From an uncultured Planctomycetales bacterium (GTDB lineage Bacteria; Omnitrophota; Gorgyraeia; Zapsychrales; Fredricksoniimonadaceae): a stretch of 34,836 nucleotides of DNA. How positions within the stretch are numbered: the first letter of the stretch is position 1; every line of letters begins with the position of its first letter. The notes beneath the pieces are model-generated. The model searched no databases. It was not told the DNA's origin and saw nothing but the letters and a program-made list of their open reading frames with translations. The stretch is taken from positions 1 through 34,836 of the forward strand of contig CAYNTZ010000002.1 of the NCBI GenBank assembly GCA_964400365.1. Direction: 5' to 3'. Of this stretch, positions 34,204 through 34,836 are shown in pieces. Position numbers and translations under genes: made by a program.

Positions 34204-34229
34204 TATCATGTATATATTAATACATGATA
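34204..34229. promoter_or_regulatory. Perfect 10-bp inverted repeat (candidate operator)
   Basis: TATCATGTAT-ATATTA-ATACATGATA lies between the LuxR-type regulator gene and the next gene. Confidence 0.4.
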
Positions 34230-34305
34230 TATCAGTGTTAAGCTGGCGTTGACCTATCATCATTTGCTGGTATCCTTGGAGTAGGAATTAAACAAGGAGG
34301 CAACA

Positions 34306-34836
34306 ATGATTAAGGTTATCAAGAGTCAAATAATACAAATTAAACGAGCAGCGTTTCTTTTATTTTTCTTAAGCATATCTTTTAATGCCTATGCTGCTGA
34401 AATTGCTGGGGTCAAGTTTAATCCCATTTACCGTGATCAAGGGATTAACATGACCCTTCAGGGGACAGGTTTAAAAACAATGCTTTTCTTTAAGGCCTTT
34501 GCGGCTGGTTTTTATAAAGGCAAAGGCGATGATCGCGATTTATTAGGGAATTATCCAAAAAGAATTGAGGTGGAATATTTTGTTAACATTCCGGGAGAGA
34601 AGCTCAATAATTTTACGTTGGAAACAATGAAGAACAATATTAGTAAAGCTGAGTTAGAACAATTAGCTGCTGAGATTAAACAAATGGGGGAATACTTTGT
34701 AAATTTAAAAGCAGGCGATAGGTTCTCGTTGACCTATATACCTGCTTTAGGAACCCAATTTGAGCATAATGGAAAAATAGTCGGTACGGTTATGGGAATT
34801 GAATTTGCCAAGGCTCTTTTTGCTGTATGGATTGGA
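34306..34836 (+). CDS. Secreted chalcone-isomerase-like (CHI-fold) protein, 3'-truncated by the window edge
   Basis: This ORF is absent from the ORF track because it has no stop in the window. AAGGAGG lies 6 nt before the ATG, and the frame is open for 177 codons to the end. The signal peptide is FLLFFLSISFNAYA. The pattern GVKF....L.GTGLKTMLFFKAFAAGFY...FAKALFAVWIG is typical of bacterial CHI-like proteins. Confidence 0.6.
   Translation, partial: MIKVIKSQIIQIKRAAFLLFFLSISFNAYAAEIAGVKFNPIYRDQGINMTLQGTGLKTMLFFKAFAAGFYKGKGDDRDLLGNYPKRIEVEYFVNIPGEKLNNFTLETMKNNISKAELEQLAAEIKQMGEYFVNLKAGDRFSLTYIPALGTQFEHNGKIVGTVMGIEFAKALFAVWIG

Noticed and set aside
1-34836. I looked for CRISPR arrays, rRNA, tmRNA/RNase P, transposases, integrases and reverse transcriptases (retron or DGR).
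   Set aside because: No spaced direct-repeat arrays are visible in the intergenic regions. Every long ORF is accounted for by another assignment. No RT, integrase or transposase motifs appear in any listed translation.

Overview
This is a 34.8-kb chromosomal window from a diderm bacterium of moderate GC, possibly an uncultivated lineage (inference only). Genes are densely packed and mostly on the + strand.

- **1-9.8 kb, signalling block:** a 5'-truncated polyanionic repeat protein, an outer-membrane (OM) beta-barrel, a CHASE2-PP2C phosphatase with two STAS antagonists, Tag glycosylase, a REC-AraC regulator with a MASE1/PAS histidine kinase, a PAS-GAF-GGDEF protein, and two small unknown ORFs.
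- **9.8-12.4 kb, - strand:** an 842-aa protein that is about 9% cysteine. Its N-terminus looks like a Flp/Tad-type prepilin leader. It is fused to CGNG..EECD cysteine repeats and thrombospondin-type-1-like modules. This is my top candidate for something undescribed.
- **12.4-26.6 kb, mostly housekeeping:** an m5C RNA methyltransferase, a secretin-domain-only mini-protein coupled to an amidase, murI, queD-queC-queE-queF, rph, rdgB, a 1049-aa AsmA-like protein, tRNA-Pro, ptsP and a polytopic membrane protein.
- **26.6-30.9 kb, accessory patch:** it looks lower in GC and is built around two tRNA genes.
  - tRNA-Arg(UCU) is split in the anticodon loop by a 199-nt ORF-less group I intron.
  - Degenerate duplicated 5'-exon copies precede it and bracket a GIY-YIG nuclease gene.
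  - An I-Ssp6803I-like PD-(D/E)XK nuclease gene follows it.
  - Next come tRNA-His, a Fic AMPylase, a SIR2-like protein, a remnant resembling the tRNA-His 3' end, and a BrnT/BrnA pair.
- **Right end:** a cupin, an acyl-CoA dehydrogenase, engB, a cysteine-less LOV-like PAS-LuxR regulator and a 3'-truncated secreted chalcone-isomerase-like protein.

I saw no rRNA, CRISPR array, transposase or integrase. All family names and accessions are recalled from memory and need HMM or covariance-model confirmation.
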